A DNA stretch of 64,000 bases from Patellaria atrata CBS 101060 (lineage: Eukaryota): NCBI GenBank assembly GCA_010093705.1, contig MU006102.1, positions 66,123 to 130,122 on the forward strand. Reading direction: 5' to 3'. Positions 61,644-64,000 of this stretch are shown in pieces. The position numbers were made by a program, and so were the translations under genes. The notes under the pieces were generated by a model that was not told where the DNA came from, did not search any database, and saw only the letters and a program-made list of their open reading frames with translations. Every line of letters begins with the position of its first letter. Position 1 is the stretch's first letter.

Positions 61644-63775
61644 GGTTGTATAAAGTGTGTGGTATATAGAAATATAAGGAGTGAATGTTAAGAATAAAAT
61701 TGTATAGAGAGATTGGAAATGGCTGTAATAGGTCTGAGGAAGGAATAGAGATTGATAGAGAGAGTAAGAGCCCGTAAAACGACAGTTAGAGAATTTATAA
61801 TATCGATATCGCTTGGAAAAGCTCTCGTCGAAGGACAGGTGACACGGTCACAATTATATATTTCGATTCTTTCATGCGTTGTCGGTGATGTTTCGTACAT
61901 GGGGCGTGATCGGAGACTTAAGCATTGGGGCCATATAGACAAGGGACAAAGCAGTGAAACAAGCTGTTCTTTTTTTTAAAAAAAAAAAAAATAGACAATG
62001 GACAAAGCGCCTTTATTATCTTCAGAGTAAGACATGTCATTGATAGTTGAAAGATCGGGTTGGTACGGCTTGTATAATCCCCAAAGCCCCTGAGTACCTC
62101 GTGACTTTTCACACTGGTACCTAATGGTAAAGAGCAATTATTTTTTCTGAAGATGATAAATGCAATAAGAGAATAAAAGAAAAATGTCATTAGCATACTC
62201 GACTAATAATGATTATCGAAATTAGAGTGTGCATATCAAATTGGAAGACGTAATAGTAACACTACGTTGTGGGTCTCTCGCAATATGAACGAAAGTAAAG
62301 TTTAGGTTACCACGTGGAGATAGATGAATTTAAAAAAAATAAGATGGAATCACCATATGCAAGGGATGGAGAATAATGTTGTACAAGGCGCCTAGCCACC
62401 GTACATGTAGGCAAGCTCGCCTCGACTCTGCTTGCGCATAACAAATCATATCTCGACAAACAAGCAAACAACGATGGCAATTCCTCTCAGGATGAATACA
62501 TCAATGTTCTTTCCTTCGAGAAAAATCCCTCTATTCCCAATGGCCAGGCCACTACGGGCCCAACGCGGAAGCCGATAACGGGCAGGCCGTTTCATGCCTC
62601 ATACCCTCCCGCAAGAGCTACGCAACCGGTCCGAGTTGGCAACACGATATCATCTAAATGCATTTATTCGCCATCTTAGGTACGGTACCACCGTTGTAGC
62701 CAATAGGGCCGAGTCACGTTGGACCGCACGACGGCATATTCGACCATGTCATCCGATAGGGAACCAAAGCTCACACCCAGCCATAGTCCCAATAATCCGA
62801 ATAACAAGCAAAACACAAATTCAAGGAGGGTGGATGAGGAACATGTGACGATAAGAGCGGGGACACTCTATATGGCCTTCAACATGCTATGCTTCATGAT
62901 TGCTGGAATCACGTTTGTGCAATATTCTGGAGACAGAAGCCCTCGACAAGGAGAAAGATGAGGGCTGAAGGAGTGAACGATCAGCTCACATTAGTGACAG
63001 AACTTATGATAACGGGAATAAAAGCGGTTTGGATTTGTCAAAATGAAATGGAACAGATGGAAGAAAAAAAAAACATAGTTGGAATTTGACGCTCAGCAGA
63101 GCGGAGGAATAAAGTAGCGGTATATCTTGTGACGAGCCCAGGGTGGGTAGGAATCTTTTGGAACATATATGTAAGTCGATTTTGTACTCCTTTGGTAACC
63201 TTCTCTTAATTTTAATATTTTACTTAGCGCGAAGCAGATTCCTTTAGAGAAGCCCGGCGACCATTCAAGACCATTTCGAGGGCACTAAAATATCATTAGG
63301 ATGTACTTAGATAAAATATATAACTCGGTAAAGAAAGAAAGAAAGAAAGAGAGGAGAAGACTGTATTGAACAGGTGTCTCGTCAGTGGATTAGTACTTAC
63401 AGCAAAGCGATAATCCAAAACTATGTCTTACTTCTCACGGTTCGCACTATTCAGATGTGATTTACGTCCCAGTACTAGGCCCATGAGTATAGTTACTCGG
63501 GGAATCGAGGGTTGCTGCACGTTTGACGGACATTCAACGGGCCAGACCTACCATATACTTCGACAGCTCTCCTGAGAGATATGTGGTGTAGGCGGCTGTA
63601 CAGCTTGTCTGTTTATAGCCCGGACCCTTACGTACAGCACAATGGAGCGAGAGAGTATCTTTAACAGCAAACATACCGTATCTAAAAGGTGGGGCCGGAA
63701 GGGGGAGGCAGAAATGAAGTAGTTTTGGAGCATCGTGCAGTGACAGACATTGAGGATATCACTGGACGGGGACTC

Positions 63776-64000
63776 CTATCCAGACCCGCCTTTTGCTGCT
63801 GCAGCTTCCTTCTTTCGTTGCAAATATCTCTCCCTCGCGCTCCTAATATCGCCTTCAGTCTTGCGGCTTTTCGCAGAGTGTTCCAGTTTCCTGCGCTCTT
63901 CTGCTTCCTCATCGGCCGCTCTCTTCGAAGCTTGCTCTAACTGAGCTTCCATCATACGAGTCTGCCTCTCCCGCATAGCTTGCTTATTACTATTCTTCCA
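63776..64000 (-). CDS. 3' end of a coiled-coil protein, CCDC55/NSRP1-like; truncated by the window edge
   Basis: Frame is open to the window end: ...RERQTRMMEAQLEQASKRAADEEAEERRKLEHSAKSRKTEGDIRSARERYLQRKKEAAA, resembling the SARERYLxRK tail of this family. Confidence 0.72.
   Translation of the reverse strand, partial: WKNSNKQAMRERQTRMMEAQLEQASKRAADEEAEERRKLEHSAKSRKTEGDIRSARERYLQRKKEAAAAKGGSG

Overview
Eukaryotic genomic DNA from a filamentous ascomycete (Pezizomycotina, possibly Dothideomycetes; inferred from short GT-AG introns with CTRAC/CTRAY branch sites and from the protein families present). I support 17 protein-coding genes, with exons reconstructed by hand: GT69 mannosyltransferase, cytochrome P450, RING-PH-VWA (Far1/Ste5-like) protein, Oma1 peptidase, coiled-coil/RRM-like protein, Snx41, Zrt3-like ZIP transporter, PIN/NYN-like + CCCH protein, F-box protein, a small two-exon gene not recovered as a whole by the ORF track, Pro3, Ctk3, mitochondrial L7/L12, midasin (~4866 aa), a HET-domain protein, a Bys1/thaumatin-like secreted protein, and the 3' end of a CCDC55/NSRP1-like gene. 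I saw no tRNA, rRNA, CRISPR array or recognisable transposon. The most unusual signal is an apparently non-coding ~1.2 kb stretch (about 8415-9600) dense in short- and long-range complementary segments, including two crossing helices that would form a pseudoknot. It is a candidate unannotated structured RNA; telomerase RNA is one unproven hypothesis. Also notable are an enriched TAC[A/T]GTA motif found only in non-coding DNA and a doubly open 5' leader on the RING-VWA gene. All pairings and counts were made by eye; no folding or database search was run.
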